Origin: Eledone cirrhosa | Lineage: Eukaryota | DNA length: 64,000 nt | Reading direction: 5' to 3' | Assembly: GCA_964016885.1 (NCBI GenBank) | Contig: OZ024754.1 | Span: 24,738,001-24,802,000 of the forward strand | Shown here: positions 10,901-27,100 of the stretch, one piece after another | Numbering within the stretch: position 1 is the stretch's first letter | Layout of the letters: the number at the start of each line of letters is the position of its first letter | Notes under the pieces: model-generated | Told to the model about the DNA's origin: nothing | The model's input: only the letters and a program-made list of their open reading frames with translations | Database searches by the model: none | Program-made: the position numbers and the translations under genes

Positions 10901-13900
10901 CAACAACAACAATAACGATAGTACTAACAACAACAACAATAACGGTAGTACTAACAACAACAATAACGATAGTACTAACAACAACAATAACGATAGTACT
11001 AACAACAACAACAATAACGATAGTACTAACAACAACAACAATAACGATAGTACTAACAACAACAACAATAACGATAGTACTAACAACAACAACAATAACG
11101 ATAGTACTAACAACAACAATAACGATAGTACTAACCACAACAACAATAACGATAGTACTAGCAACAACAGTAACGATAGTACTAACAACAACAGTAACGA
11201 TAGTACTAACAGCAACAACAATAACGATAGTACTAACAACAACAACAATAACGATAGTACTAACAACAACAATAACGATAGTACTAACAACGGCAATAAC
11301 GATAGTACTAACAGCAACAACAATAACGATAGTACTAACAACAACAACAATAACGATAGTACTAACAACAACAACAATAACGATAGTAGTAACAACAACA
11401 ACAATAACGATAGTACTAACAACAACAATAACGATAGTACTAACAACAACAACTATAACGATAGTACTAAGAGCAACAACAATAACGATAGTACTAACAG
11501 CAACAACAATAACGATAGTACTAACAGCAACAATAACGATAGTACTAAGAGCAACAACAATAACGATAGTACTAACAACAACAATAACGATAGTACTAAG
11601 AGCAACAACAATAACGATAGTACTAACAACAACAATAACGATAGTACTAACAACAACAATAACGATAGTACTAACAACAACAATAACGATAGTACTAACA
11701 ACAACAATAACGATAGTACTAACAGCAACAACAAGAACGATAGTACTAACAACAACAACAATAACGATAGTACTAACAACAACAACAATAACGATAGTAC
11801 TAACAGCAACAACAATAACGATAGTACTAACAGCAACAACAATAACGATAGTACTAACAGTAACAACAATAACGATAGTACTAACAGCAACAACAATAAC
11901 GATAGTACTAACAGCAACAATAACGATAGTACTAACAACAACAACAATAACGATAGTACTAACAGCAACAATAACGATAGTACTAACAACAACAACAATA
12001 ACGATAGTACTAACAACAAGAACAATAACGATAGTACTAACAACAACAACAATAACGATAGTACTAACAGCAACAACAATACCGATAGTACTAACAACAA
12101 CAACAATAACGATAGTACTAACAGCAACAATAACGATAGTACTAACAACAACAACAATAACGATAGTACTAACAGCAACAACAATAACGATACTACTAAC
12201 AACAACAACAATAACGATAGTACTAACAGCAACAACAATACCGATAGTACTAACAACAACAACAATAACGATAGTACTAACAGCAACAACAATAACGATA
12301 CTACTAACAACAACAACAATAACGATAGTACTAACAGCAACAACAATAACGATAGTACTAACAGCAACAATAACGATAGTACTAACAACAACAACAATAA
12401 CGATAGTACTAACAACAACAACAATAACGATAGTACTAACAACAAGAACAATAACGATAGTACTAACAACAACAACAATAACGATAGTACTAACAGCAAC
12501 AACAATACCGATAGTACTAACAACAACAACAATAACGATAGTACTAACAGCAACAACAATAACGATAGTACTAACAACAACAACAATAACGATAGTACTA
12601 ACAGCAACAACAATAACGATACTACTAACAACAACAACAATAACGATAGTACTAACAACAACAACAATAACGATAGTACTAACAGCAACAATAACGATAG
12701 TACTAACAGCAACAACAATAACGATAGTACTAACAACAACAACAATAACGATAGTACTAACAACAACATTAACGATAGTACTAACAACAACAATAACGAT
12801 AGTACTAACAACAACAAGAATAACGATAATACTAACAGCAACAACAATAACGATAGTACTAACAGCAACAACAATAACGATAGTACTAACAGCAACAACA
12901 ATAATGATAGTACTAACAACAACAATAACGATAGTACTAACAACAAGAATAACGATAGTACTAACAACAACAATAACGATAGTAATAACAACAACAATAA
13001 CGATAGTACTAACAACAACAACAATAATGATAGTACTAACAACAACAATAACGATAGTACTAACAACAACAACAATAATGATAGTACTAACAACAACAAC
13101 AATAACGATAGTACTAACAACAAGAATAACGATAGTACTAACAACAACAACAATAACGATAGTACTAACAACAAGAATAACGATAGTACTAACAACAACA
13201 ACAATAACGATAGTACTAACAAAAAGAATAACGATAGTACTAACAACAACAACAATAACGATAGTACTAACAACAAGAATAACGATAGTACTAACAACAA
13301 CAACAATAACGATAGTACTAACAACAAGAATAACGATAGTACTAACAACAACAACAATAACGATAGTACTAACAACAAGAATAACGATAGTACTAACAAC
13401 AACAACAATAACGATAGTACTAACAAAAAGAATAACGATAGTACTAACAACAACAACAATAACGATAGTACTAACAACAAGAATAACGATAGTACTAACA
13501 ACAACAACAATAACGATAGTACTAACAACAAGAATAACGATAGTACTAACAACAACAACAATAACAATAGTACTAACAACAAGAATAACGATAGTACTAA
13601 CAACAACAACAATAACGATAGTACTAACAACAAGAATAACGATAGTACTAACAACAACAACAATAACGATAGTACTAACAGCAACAACAATAACGATAGT
13701 ACTAACAACAACAACAATAACGATAGTACTAACAGCAACAACAATAACGATAGTACTAACAACAACAACAATAACGATAGTACTAACAGCAACAACAATA
13801 ACGATAGTACTAACAACAACAACAATAATGATAGTACTAACAACAACAACAATAACGATAGTACTAACAACAACAACAATAATGATCGTACTAACAACAA

Positions 13901-16900
13901 CAATAACGATAGTACTAACAACAACAACAATAATGATAGTACTAACAACAACAATAACGATAGTACTAACAACAACAACAATAATGATAGTAATAACAGC
14001 AACAATAACGATACTACTAACAACAACAACAATAATGATAGTACTAACAACAACAACAATAACGATAGTACTAACAACAACAACACTAATGATAGTACTA
14101 ACAACAACAATAACGATAGTACTAACAACAACAATAACGATAGTACTAACAACAACAACAATAACGATAGTACTAACAACAACAACAATAACGATAGTAC
14201 TAACAACAACAACAATAACGATAGTACTAACAACAACAACAATAACGGTAGTACTAACAACAACAATAACGATAGTACTAACAACAACAATAACGATAGT
14301 ACTAACAACAACAACAATAACGATAGTACTAACAACAACAACAATAACGATAGTACTAACAACAACAACAATAACGATAGTACTAACAACAACAACAATA
14401 ACGATAGTACTAACAACAACAATAACGATAGTACTAACCACAACAACAATAACGATAGTACTAGCAACAACAGTAACGATAGTACTAACAACAACAGTAA
14501 CGATAGTACTAACAGCAACAACAATAACGATAGTACTAACAACAACAACAATAACGATAGTACTAACAACAACAATAACGATAGTACTAACAACGGCAAT
14601 AACGATAGTACTAACAGCAACAACAATAACGATAGTACTAACAACAACAACAATAACGATAGTACTAACAACAACAACAATAACGATAGTAGTAACAACA
14701 ACAACAATAACGATAGTACTAACAACAACAATAACGATAGTACTAACAACAACAACTATAACGATAGTACTAAGAGCAACAACAATAACGATAGTACTAA
14801 CAGCAACAACAATAACGATAGTACTAACAGCAACAATAACGATAGTACTAAGAGCAACAACAATAACGATAGTACTAACAACAACAATAACGATAGTACT
14901 AAGAGCAACAACAATAACGATAGTACTAACAACAACAATAACGATAGTACTAACAACAACAATAACGATAGTACTAACAACAACAATAACGATAGTACTA
15001 ACAACAACAATAACGATAGTACTAACAGCAACAACAAGAACGATAGTACTAACAACAACAACAATAACGATAGTACTAACAACAAAAACAATAACGATAG
15101 TACTAACAGCAACAACAATAACGATAGTACTAACAGCAACAACAATAACGATAGTACTAACAGTAACAACAATAACGATAGTACTAACAGCAACAACAAT
15201 AACGATAGTACTAACAGCAACAATAACGATAGTACTAACAACAACAACAATAACGATAGTACTAACAGCAACAATAACGATAGTACTAACAACAACAACA
15301 ATAACGATAGTACTAACAACAAGAACAATAACGATAGTACTAACAACAACAACAATAACGATAGTACTAACAGCAACAACAATACCGATAGTACTAACAA
15401 CAACAACAATAACGATAGTACTAACAGCAACAATAACGATAGTACTAACAACAACAACAATAACGATAGTACTAACAGCAACAACAATAACGATACTACT
15501 AACAACAACAACAATAACGATAGTACTAACAGCAACAACAATACCGATAGTACTAACAACAACAACAATAACGATAGTACTAACAGCAACAACAATAACG
15601 ATACTACTAACAACAACAACAATAACGATAGTACTAACAGCAACAACAATAACGATAGTACTAACAGCAACAATAACGATAGTACTAACAACAACAACAA
15701 TAACGATAGTACTAACAACAACAACAATAACGATAGTACTAACAACAAGAACAATAACGATAGTACTAACAACAACAACAATAACGATAGTACTAACAGC
15801 AACAACAATACCGATAGTACTAACAACAACAACAATAACGATAGTACTAACAGCAACAACAATAACGATAGTACTAACAACAACAACAATAACGATAGTA
15901 CTAACAGCAACAACAATAACGATACTACTAACAACAACAACAATAACGATAGTACTAACAACAACAACAATAACGATAGTACTAACAGCAACAATAACGA
16001 TAGTACTAACAGCAACAACAATAACGATAGTACTAACAACAACAACAATAACGATAGTACTAACAACAACATTAACGATAGTACTAACAACAACAATAAC
16101 GATAGTACTAACAACAACAAGAATAACGATAATACTAACAGCAACAACAATAACGATAGTACTAACAGCAACAACAATAACGATAGTACTAACAGCAACA
16201 ACAATAATGATAGTACTAACAACAACAATAACGATAGTACTAACAACAAGAATAACGATAGTACTAACAACAACAATAACGATAGTAATAACAACAACAA
16301 TAACGATAGTACTAACAACAACAACAATAATGATAGTACTAACAACAACAATAACGATAGTACTAACAACAACAACAATAATGATAGTACTAACAACAAC
16401 AACAATAACGATAGTACTAACAACAAGAATAACGATAGTACTAACAACAACAACAATAACGATAGTACTAACAACAAGAATAACGATAGTACTAACAACA
16501 ACAACAATAACGATAGTACTAACAAAAAGAATAACGATAGTACTAACAACAACAACAATAACGATAGTACTAACAACAAGAATAACGATAGTACTAACAA
16601 CAACAACAATAACGATAGTACTAACAACAAGAATAACGATAGTACTAACAACAACAACAATAACGATAGTACTAACAACAAGAATAACGATAGTACTAAC
16701 AACAACAACAATAACGATAGTACTAACAAAAAGAATAACGATAGTACTAACAACAACAACAATAACGATAGTACTAACAACAAGAATAACGATAGTACTA
16801 ACAACAACAACAATAACGATAGTACTAACAACAAGAATAACGATAGTACTAACAACAACAACAATAACGATAGTACTAACAACAAGAATAACGATAGTAC

Positions 16901-17880
16901 TAACAACAACAACAATAACGATAGTACTAACAACAAGAATAACGATAGTACTAACAACAACAACAATAACGATAGTACTAACAGCAACAACAATAACGAT
17001 AGTACTAACAACAACAACAATAACGATAGTACTAACAGCAACAACAATAACGATAGTACTAACAACAACAACAATAACGATAGTACTAACAGCAACAACA
17101 ATAACGATAGTACTAACAACAACAACAATAATGATAGTACTAACAACAACAACAATAACGATAGTACTAACAACAACAACAATAATGATCGTACTAACAA
17201 CAACAATAACGATAGTACTAACAACAACAACAATAATGATAGTACTAACAACAACAATAACGATAGTACTAACAACAACAACAATAATGATAGTAATAAC
17301 AGCAACAATAACGATACTACTAACAACAACAACAATAATGATAGTACTAACAACAACAACAATAACGATAGTACTAACAACAACAACACTAATGATAGTA
17401 CTAACAACAACAATAACGATAGTACTAACAAAAACAATAACGATAGTACTAACAACAACAACAATAACGATAGTACTAACAACAATAACAATAACGATAG
17501 TACTAACAACAACAACAATAACGATAGTACTAACAACAACAACAATAACGGTAGTACTAACAACAACAATAACGATAGTACTAACAACAACAATAACGAT
17601 AGTACTAACAACAACAACAATAACGATAGTACTAACAACAACAACAATAACGATAGTACTAACAACAACAACAATAACGATAGTACTAACAACAACAACA
17701 ATAACGATAGTACTAACAACAACAATAACGATAGTACTAACCACAACAACAATAACGATAGTACTAGCAACAACAGTAACGATAGTACTAACAACAACAG
17801 TAACGATAGTACTAACAGCAACAACAATAACGATAGTACTAACAACAACAACAATAACGATAGTACTAACAACAACAATA
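7950..17880 (+). repeat. Higher-order repeat A: three copies, period 3,330 / 3,303 bp
   Basis: Marker AACGGCAAT at ~7961, 11291 and 14594. Minus-strand poly-Leu ORF stops recur at 8123, 11453 and 14756. Confidence 0.93.
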
Positions 17881-20800
17881 ACGATAGTACTAACAACAAC
17901 AGTAACGATAGTACTAACAGCAACAACAATAACGATAGTACTAACAACAACAACGATAACGATAGTACTAACAGCAACAACAATAACGATAGTACTAACA
18001 GCAACAATAACGATAGTACTAACAGCAACAATAACGATAGTACTAACAACAACAACAATAACTATAGTACTAACAGCAACAACAATAACGATAGTACTAA
18101 CAGCAACAACAATAACGATAGTACTAACAGCAACAACAATAACGATAGTACTAACAGCAACAACAATAACGATAGTACTAACAACAACAACAATAACTAT
18201 AGTACTAACAGCAACAACAATAACGATAGTACTAACAGCAACAATAACGATAGTACTAACAACAACAACAATAACTATAGTACTAACAACAACAACAATA
18301 ACGATAGTACTAACAGCAACAACAATAACGATAGTACTAACAGCAACAACAATAACGATAGTACTAACAGCAACAACAATAACGATAGTACAAACAACAG
18401 CAACAATAACGATAGTACTAACAGCAACAACAATAACGATAGTACTAACAGCAACAACAATAACGATAGTACTAACAGCAACAACAATAACGATAGTACT
18501 AACAGCAACAACAATAACGATAGTACAAACAACAGCAACAATAACTATAGTACTAACAGCAACGACAATAACGATAGTACTAACAGCAACAACAATAACG
18601 ATACTACTAACAACAACAACAATAACGATAGTACTAACAACAACAACAATAACGATAGTACAAACAACAGCAACAATAACGATAGTACTAACAACAACAA
18701 CAATAACGATAGTACAAACAACAGCAACAATAACGATAGTACGAACAGCAACAACAATAACGATAGTACTAACAGCAACAACAATAACGTTAGTACAAAC
18801 AACAGCAACAATAACTATAGTACTAACAACAACAACAATAACGATAGTACTAACAGCAACGACAATAACGATAGTACTAACAGCAACAACAAAAACGATA
18901 CTACTAACAACAACAACAATAACGATAGTACTAACAACAACAACAATAACGATAGTACAAACAACAGCAACAATAACGATAGTACTAACAGCAACAACAA
19001 TAACGATAGTACTAACAGCAACAACAATAACGATAGTACAAACAACAGCAACAATAACTATAGTACTAACAACAACAACAATAACGATAGTACAAACAGC
19101 AACAACAATAACGATAGTACAAACAACAGCAACAATAACGATAGTACTAACAGCAACAACAATAACGATAGTACAAACAACAACAACAATAACGATAGTA
19201 CTAACAACAACAACAATAACGATAATACTAACAACAACAACAATAACGATAGTACTAACAGCAACAACAATAACGATAGTACTAACAACAACAACAATAA
19301 CGATAGTACTAACAACAACAATAACGATAGTACTAACAGCAACAACAATAACGATAGTACTAACAGCAACAACAATAACGATAGTACTAACAACAACAAC
19401 AATAACGATAGTACTAACAACAACAACAATAACGATAGTACTAACAACAACAACAATAATGATAGTACTAACAACAACAGTAACGATAGTACTAACAACA
19501 ACAACAATAATGATAGTACTAACAACAACAACAATAACGATAGTACTAACAACAACAACAATAACGATAGTACTAACAACAATAACGATAGTACTAACCA
19601 CAACAACAATAACGATAGTACTAGCAACAACAACAATAACGATAGTACTAACAACAACAATAACGATAGTACTAACAACAACAGTAACGACAGTACTAAC
19701 AGCAACAACAATAACGATAGTACTAACAACAACAACAATAATGATAGTACTAACAACAACAATAACGATAGAACAAACAACAACAACGATAACGAGAGTA
19801 CTAACAGCAACAACAATAACGATAGTACTAACAGCAACAATAACGATAGTACTAACAGCAACAATAACGATAGTACTAACAACAACAACAATAACTATAG
19901 TACTAACAGCAACGACAATAACGATAGTACTAACAGCAACAACAATAACGATAGTACTAACAGCAACAACAATAACTATAGTACTAACAGCAACGACAAT
20001 AACGATAGTACTAACAACAACAACAATAACGATAGTACTAACAGCAACAACAATAACGATAGTACTAACAGCAACAACAATAACGATAGTACAAACAACT
20101 GCAACAATAACGATAGTACTAACAGCAACAACAATAACGATAGTACAAACAACAACATTAACGATAGTACTAACAGCAACGACAATAACGATAGTACTAA
20201 CAACAACAACAATAACGATATTACTAACAACAACAACAATAACGATAGTACTAACAGCAACAACAATAACGATAGTACTAACAACAACAACAATAACGAT
20301 AGTACTAACAACAACAACAATAACGATAGTACTAACAACAACAACAATAACGATAGTACTAACAACAACAACAATAACGATAGTACTAACAACAACAACA
20401 ATAACGATAGTACTAACAACAACAACAATAACGATAGTAGTAACAACAACAACAATAACGATAGTACTAACAGCAACAACAATAACGATAGTACTAACAA
20501 CAACAACAATAACGATAGTACTAACAACAACAACAATAACGATAGTACTAACAGCAACAACAATAACGATAGTACTAACAACAACAACAATAACGATAGT
20601 ACTAACATCAACAACAATAACGATAGTACTAACAACAACAGTAACGATAGTACTAACAACAACAACAATAATGATAGTACTAACAACAACAACAATAACG
20701 ATAGTACTAACAACAACAACAATAACGATAGTACTAACAACAACAATAACGATAGTACTAACCACAACAACAATAACGATAGTACTAGCAACAACAACAA

Positions 20801-23800
20801 TAACGATAGTACTAACAACAACAATAACGATAGTACTAACAACAACAGTAACGATAGTACTAACAGCAACAACAATAACGATAGTACTAACAACAACAAC
20901 AATAACGATAGTACTAACCACAACAACAATAACGATAGTACTAGCAACAACAGTAACGATAGTACTAACAACAACAGTAACGATAGTACTAACAGCAACA
21001 ACAATAACGATAGTACTAACAACAACAACAATAACGATAGTACTAACAACAACAATAACGATAGTACTAACAACAACAGTAACGATAGTACTAACAGCAA
21101 CAACAATAACGATAGTACTAACAACAACAACGATAACGATAGTACTAACAGCAACAACAATAACGATAGTACTAACAGCAACAATAACGATAGTACTAAC
21201 AGCAACAATAACGATAGTACTAACAACAACAACAATAACTATAGTACTAACAGCAACAACAATAACGATAGTACTAACAGCAACAACAATAACGATAGTA
21301 CTAACAGCAACAACAATAACGATAGTACTAACAGCAACAACAATAACGATAGTACTAACAACAACAACAATAACTATAGTACTAACAGCAACAACAATAA
21401 CGATAGTACTAACAGCAACAATAACGATAGTACTAACAACAACAACAATAACTATAGTACTAACAACAACAACAATAACGATAGTACTAACAGCAACAAC
21501 AATAACGATAGTACTAACAGCAACAACAATAACGATAGTACTAACAGCAACAACAATAACGATAGTACAAACAACAGCAACAATAACGATAGTACTAACA
21601 GCAACAACAATAACGATAGTACTAACAGCAACAACAATAACGATAGTACTAACAGCAACAACAATAACGATAGTACTAACAGCAACAACAATAACGATAG
21701 TACAAACAACAGCAACAATAACTATAGTACTAACAGCAACGACAATAACGATAGTACTAACAGCAACAACAATAACGATACTACTAACAACAACAACAAT
21801 AACGATAGTACTAACAACAACAACAATAACGATAGTACAAACAACAGCAACAATAACGATAGTACTAACAACAACAACAATAACGATAGTACAAACAACA
21901 GCAACAATAACGATAGTACGAACAGCAACAACAATAACGATAGTACTAACAGCAACAACAATAACGTTAGTACAAACAACAGCAACAATAACTATAGTAC
22001 TAACAACAACAACAATAACGATAGTACTAACAGCAACGACAATAACGATAGTACTAACAGCAACAACAAAAACGATACTACTAACAACAACAACAATAAC
22101 GATAGTACTAACAACAACAACAATAACGATAGTACAAACAACAGCAACAATAACGATAGTACTAACAGCAACAACAATAACGATAGTACTAACAGCAACA
22201 ACAATAACGATAGTACAAACAACAGCAACAATAACTATAGTACTAACAACAACAACAATAACGATAGTACAAACAGCAACAACAATAACGATAGTACAAA
22301 CAACAGCAACAATAACGATAGTACTAACAGCAACAACAATAACGATAGTACAAACAACAACAACAATAACGATAGTACTAACAACAACAACAATAACGAT
22401 AGTACTAACAACAACAACAATAACGATAGTACTAACAGCAACAACAATAACGATAGTACTAACAACAACAACAATAACGATAGTACTAACAACAACAATA
22501 ACGATAGTACTAACAGCAACAACAATAACGATAGTACTAACAGCAACAACAATAACGATAGTACTAACAACAACAACAATAACGATAGTACTAACAACAA
22601 CAACAATAACGATAGTACTAACAACAACAACAATAATGATAGTACTAACAACAACAGTAACGATAGTACTAACAACAACAACAATAATGATAGTACTAAC
22701 AACAACAACAATAACGATAGTACTAACAACAACAACAATAACGATAGTACTAACAACAATAACGATAGTACTAACCACAACAACAATAACGATAGTACTA
22801 GCAACAACAACAATAACGATAGTACTAACAACAACAATAACGATAGTACTAACAACAACAGTAACGATAGTACTAACAGCAACAACAATAACGATAGTAC
22901 TAACAACAACAACAATAATGATAGTACTAACAACAACAATAACGATAGAACAAACAACAACAACGATAACGAGAGTACTAACAGCAACAACAATAACGAT
23001 AGTACTAACAGCAACAATAACGATAGTACTAACAGCAACAATAACGATAGTACTAACAACAACAACAATAACTATAGTACTAACAGCAACGACAATAACG
23101 ATAGTACTAACAGCAACAACAATAACGATAGTACTAACAGCAACAACAATAACTATAGTACTAACAGCAACGACAATAACGATAGTACTAACAACAACAA
23201 CAATAACGATAGTACTAACAGCAACAACAATAACGATAGTACTAACAGCAACAACAATAACGATAGTACAAACAACAGCAACAATAACGATAGTACTAAC
23301 AGCAACAACAATAACGATAGTACAAACAACAACATTAACGATAGTACTAACAGCAACGACAATAACGATAGTACTAACAACAACAACAATAACGATATTA
23401 CTAACAACAACAACAATAACGATAGTACTAACAGCAACAACAATAACGATAGTACTAACAACAACAACAATAACGATAGTACTAACAACAACAACAATAA
23501 CGATAGTACTAACAACAACAACAATAACGATAGTACTAACAACAACAACAATAACGATAGTACTAACAACAACAACAATAACGATAGTACTAACAACAAC
23601 AACAATAACGATAGTAGTAACAACAACAACAATAACGATAGTACTAACAGCAACAACAATAACGATAGTACTAACAACAACAACAATAACGATAGTACTA
23701 ACAACAACAACAATAACGATAGTACTAACAGCAACAACAATAACGATAGTACTAACAACAACAACAATAACGATAGTACTAACATCAACAACAATAACGA

Positions 23801-24100
23801 TAGTACTAACAACAACAGTAACGATAGTACTAACAACAACAACAATAATGATAGTACTAACAACAACAACAATAACGATAGTACTAACAACAACAACAAT
23901 AACGATAGTACTAACAACAACAATAACGATAGTACTAACCACAACAACAATAACGATAGTACTAGCAACAACAACAATAACGATAGTACTAACAACAACA
24001 ATAACGATAGTACTAACAACAACAGTAACGATAGTACTAACAGCAACAGCAATAACGATAGTACTAACAACAACAACAATAACGATAGTGCTAACAACAA
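17741..24100 (+). repeat. Higher-order repeat B: two copies, period 3,177 bp
   Basis: ORF-track stops pair at 18275/21452, 18545/21722, 18815/21992, 19058/22235 and 19976/23153, all offset by 3,177. Confidence 0.92.
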
Positions 24101-27100
24101 CAATAACGATAGTACTAACAACAACAACGATAACGAGAGTACTAACAGCAACAACAATAACGATAGTACTAACAGCAACAATAACGATAGTACTAACAGC
24201 AACAATAACGATAGTACTAACAACAACAACAATAACTATAGTACTAACAGCAACGACAATAACGATAGTACTAACAGCAACAACAATAACGATAGTACTA
24301 ACAGCAACAACAATAACTATAGTACTAACAGCAACGACAATAACGATAGTACTAACAACAACAACAATAACGATAGTACTAACAGCAACAACAATAACGA
24401 TAGTACTAACAGCAACAACAATAACGATAGTACAAACAACAGCAACAATAACGATAGTACTAACAGCAACAACAATAACGATAGTACAAACAACAACATT
24501 AACGATAGTACTAACAGCAACGACAATAACGATAGTACTAACAACAACAACAATAACGATAGTACTAACAACAACAACAATAACGATAGTACTAACAGCA
24601 ACAACAATAACGATAGTACTAACAACAACAACAATAACGATAGTACTAACAACAACAACAATAACGATAGTAGAAAAAACAACAACAATAACGATAGTAC
24701 TAACAACAACAACAATAACAATAGTACTAACAACAACAACAATAACGATAGTACTAACAGCAACAACAATAACGATAGTAGTAACAACAACAACAATAAC
24801 GATAGTACTAACAGCAACAACAATAACGATAGTACTAACAACAACAACAATAACGATAGTACTAACAACAACAACAATAACGATAGTACTAACAGCAACA
24901 ACAATAACGATAGTACTAACAACAACAACAATAACGATAGTACTAACATCAACAACAATAACGATAGTACTAACAACAACAACAATAACGATAGTACTAA
25001 CAACAACAACAATAACGATAGTACTAACAGCAACAACAATAACGATAGTACTAACAACAACAACAATAACGATAGTACTAACAACAACAACAATAACGAT
25101 AGTACTAACAACAACAACAATAACGATAGTACTAACAACAAAAACAAAAACGATAGTACTAACAACAACAACAATAACGATAGTACAAACAACAACAACA
25201 ATAACGATAGTACTAACAGCAACAACAATAACGATAGTACAAACAACAGCAACAATAATGATAGTACAAACAACAGCAACAATAACGATTGTACTAACAG
25301 CAACAACAATAACGATGGTACAAACAACAACAACAATAACGATAGTACTAACAGCAACAACAATAACGATAGTACTAACAACAACAACAATAATGATAGT
25401 ACAAACAACAGCAACAATAACGATTGTACTAACAGCAACAACAATAACGATAGTACTAACAGCAACAACAATAACGCTAGTACTAACAGCAACAAGAATA
25501 ACGATAGTACTAACAGCAACAACAATAACGATAGTACTAACAGCAACAACAATAACGATAGTACTAACAGCAACAACAATAACGATAGTACTAACAACAA
25601 CAACAATAATGATAGTACAAACAACAACAATAACGAGAGTACTAACAACAACAACAATAATTATAGTACTAACAACAACAATAACGATAGTACTAACAAC
25701 AACAACAATCATAATAGTACTAACAACAAAAATAACGATAGTACTAGCAACAACAACAATAACGATAGTACTAACAACAACAATAACGATAGTACTAACA
25801 ACAACAATAACGATAGTACTAACAGCAACAACAATAACGATAGTACTAACAACAACAACAATAACGATAGTACTAACAACAACAATAACGATAGTACTAA
25901 CAACAACAACGATAACGATAGTACTAACAGCAACAACAATAACGATAGTACTAACAACAACAACAATAACGATAGTCCTAACAACAACAACGATAACGAT
26001 AGTACTAACAGCAACAACAATAACGATAGTACTAACAACAACAATAACGATAGTACTAACAACAACAACGATAACGATAGTACTAACAGCAACAACAATA
26101 ACGATAGTACTAACAGCAAGAACAATAACGATAGTACTAACAACAACAATAACGATAGTACTAACAACAGCAACTATAACGATAGTACTAACAACAACAA
26201 GAATAACAATAGTACTAACAACAACAACAATAACGATAGTCCTAACAACAGCAACAATAACGATAGTACTAACAGCAACAACAATAACTATAGTACTAAC
26301 AGCAACGACAATAACGATAGTACTAATAACAACAACAACAATAACGATAGTACTAACAACAACAATAACTATAGTACTAACAGCAACGACAATAACGATA
26401 GTACTAATAACAACAACAATAACGATAGTACTAACAACAACAATAATGATAGTACTAACAACAACATTAACGATAGTACTAACAGCAACAACAATAACGA
26501 TAGTACTAACAGCAACAACAATAACAATAGTACTAACAACAACAAAAATAACGATAGTACTAACAACAACAATAATAACGATAGTACTAACAACAACAAC
26601 AATAACGATAGTACTAACAGCAACAACAATAACAATAGTACTAACAACAACAACAATAACGATAGTACTAACAGCAACAACAATAACGATAGTACTAACA
26701 ACAACAACAATAACGATAGTACTAACAAAGACAACAATAACGATAGTACTAACAGCAACAACAATAACGATAGTACTAACAACAACAACAATAACGATAG
26801 TACTAACAACAACAACAATAACGATAGTACTAACAACAACAACAATAACGATAGTACTAACAGCAACAATAACGATAGTACTAACAACAACAACAATAAC
26901 GATAGTACTAACAGCAACAACAATAACGATAGTACTAACAACAGCAACAATAACGATAGTAATAACAGCAACAACAATAACGATAGTACTAACAGCAACA
27001 ATAACGATAGTACTAACAGCAACAACAATAACGATAGTACTAACAACAACAACAATAACGATAGTAATAACAGCAACAACAATAACGATAGTACTAACCA

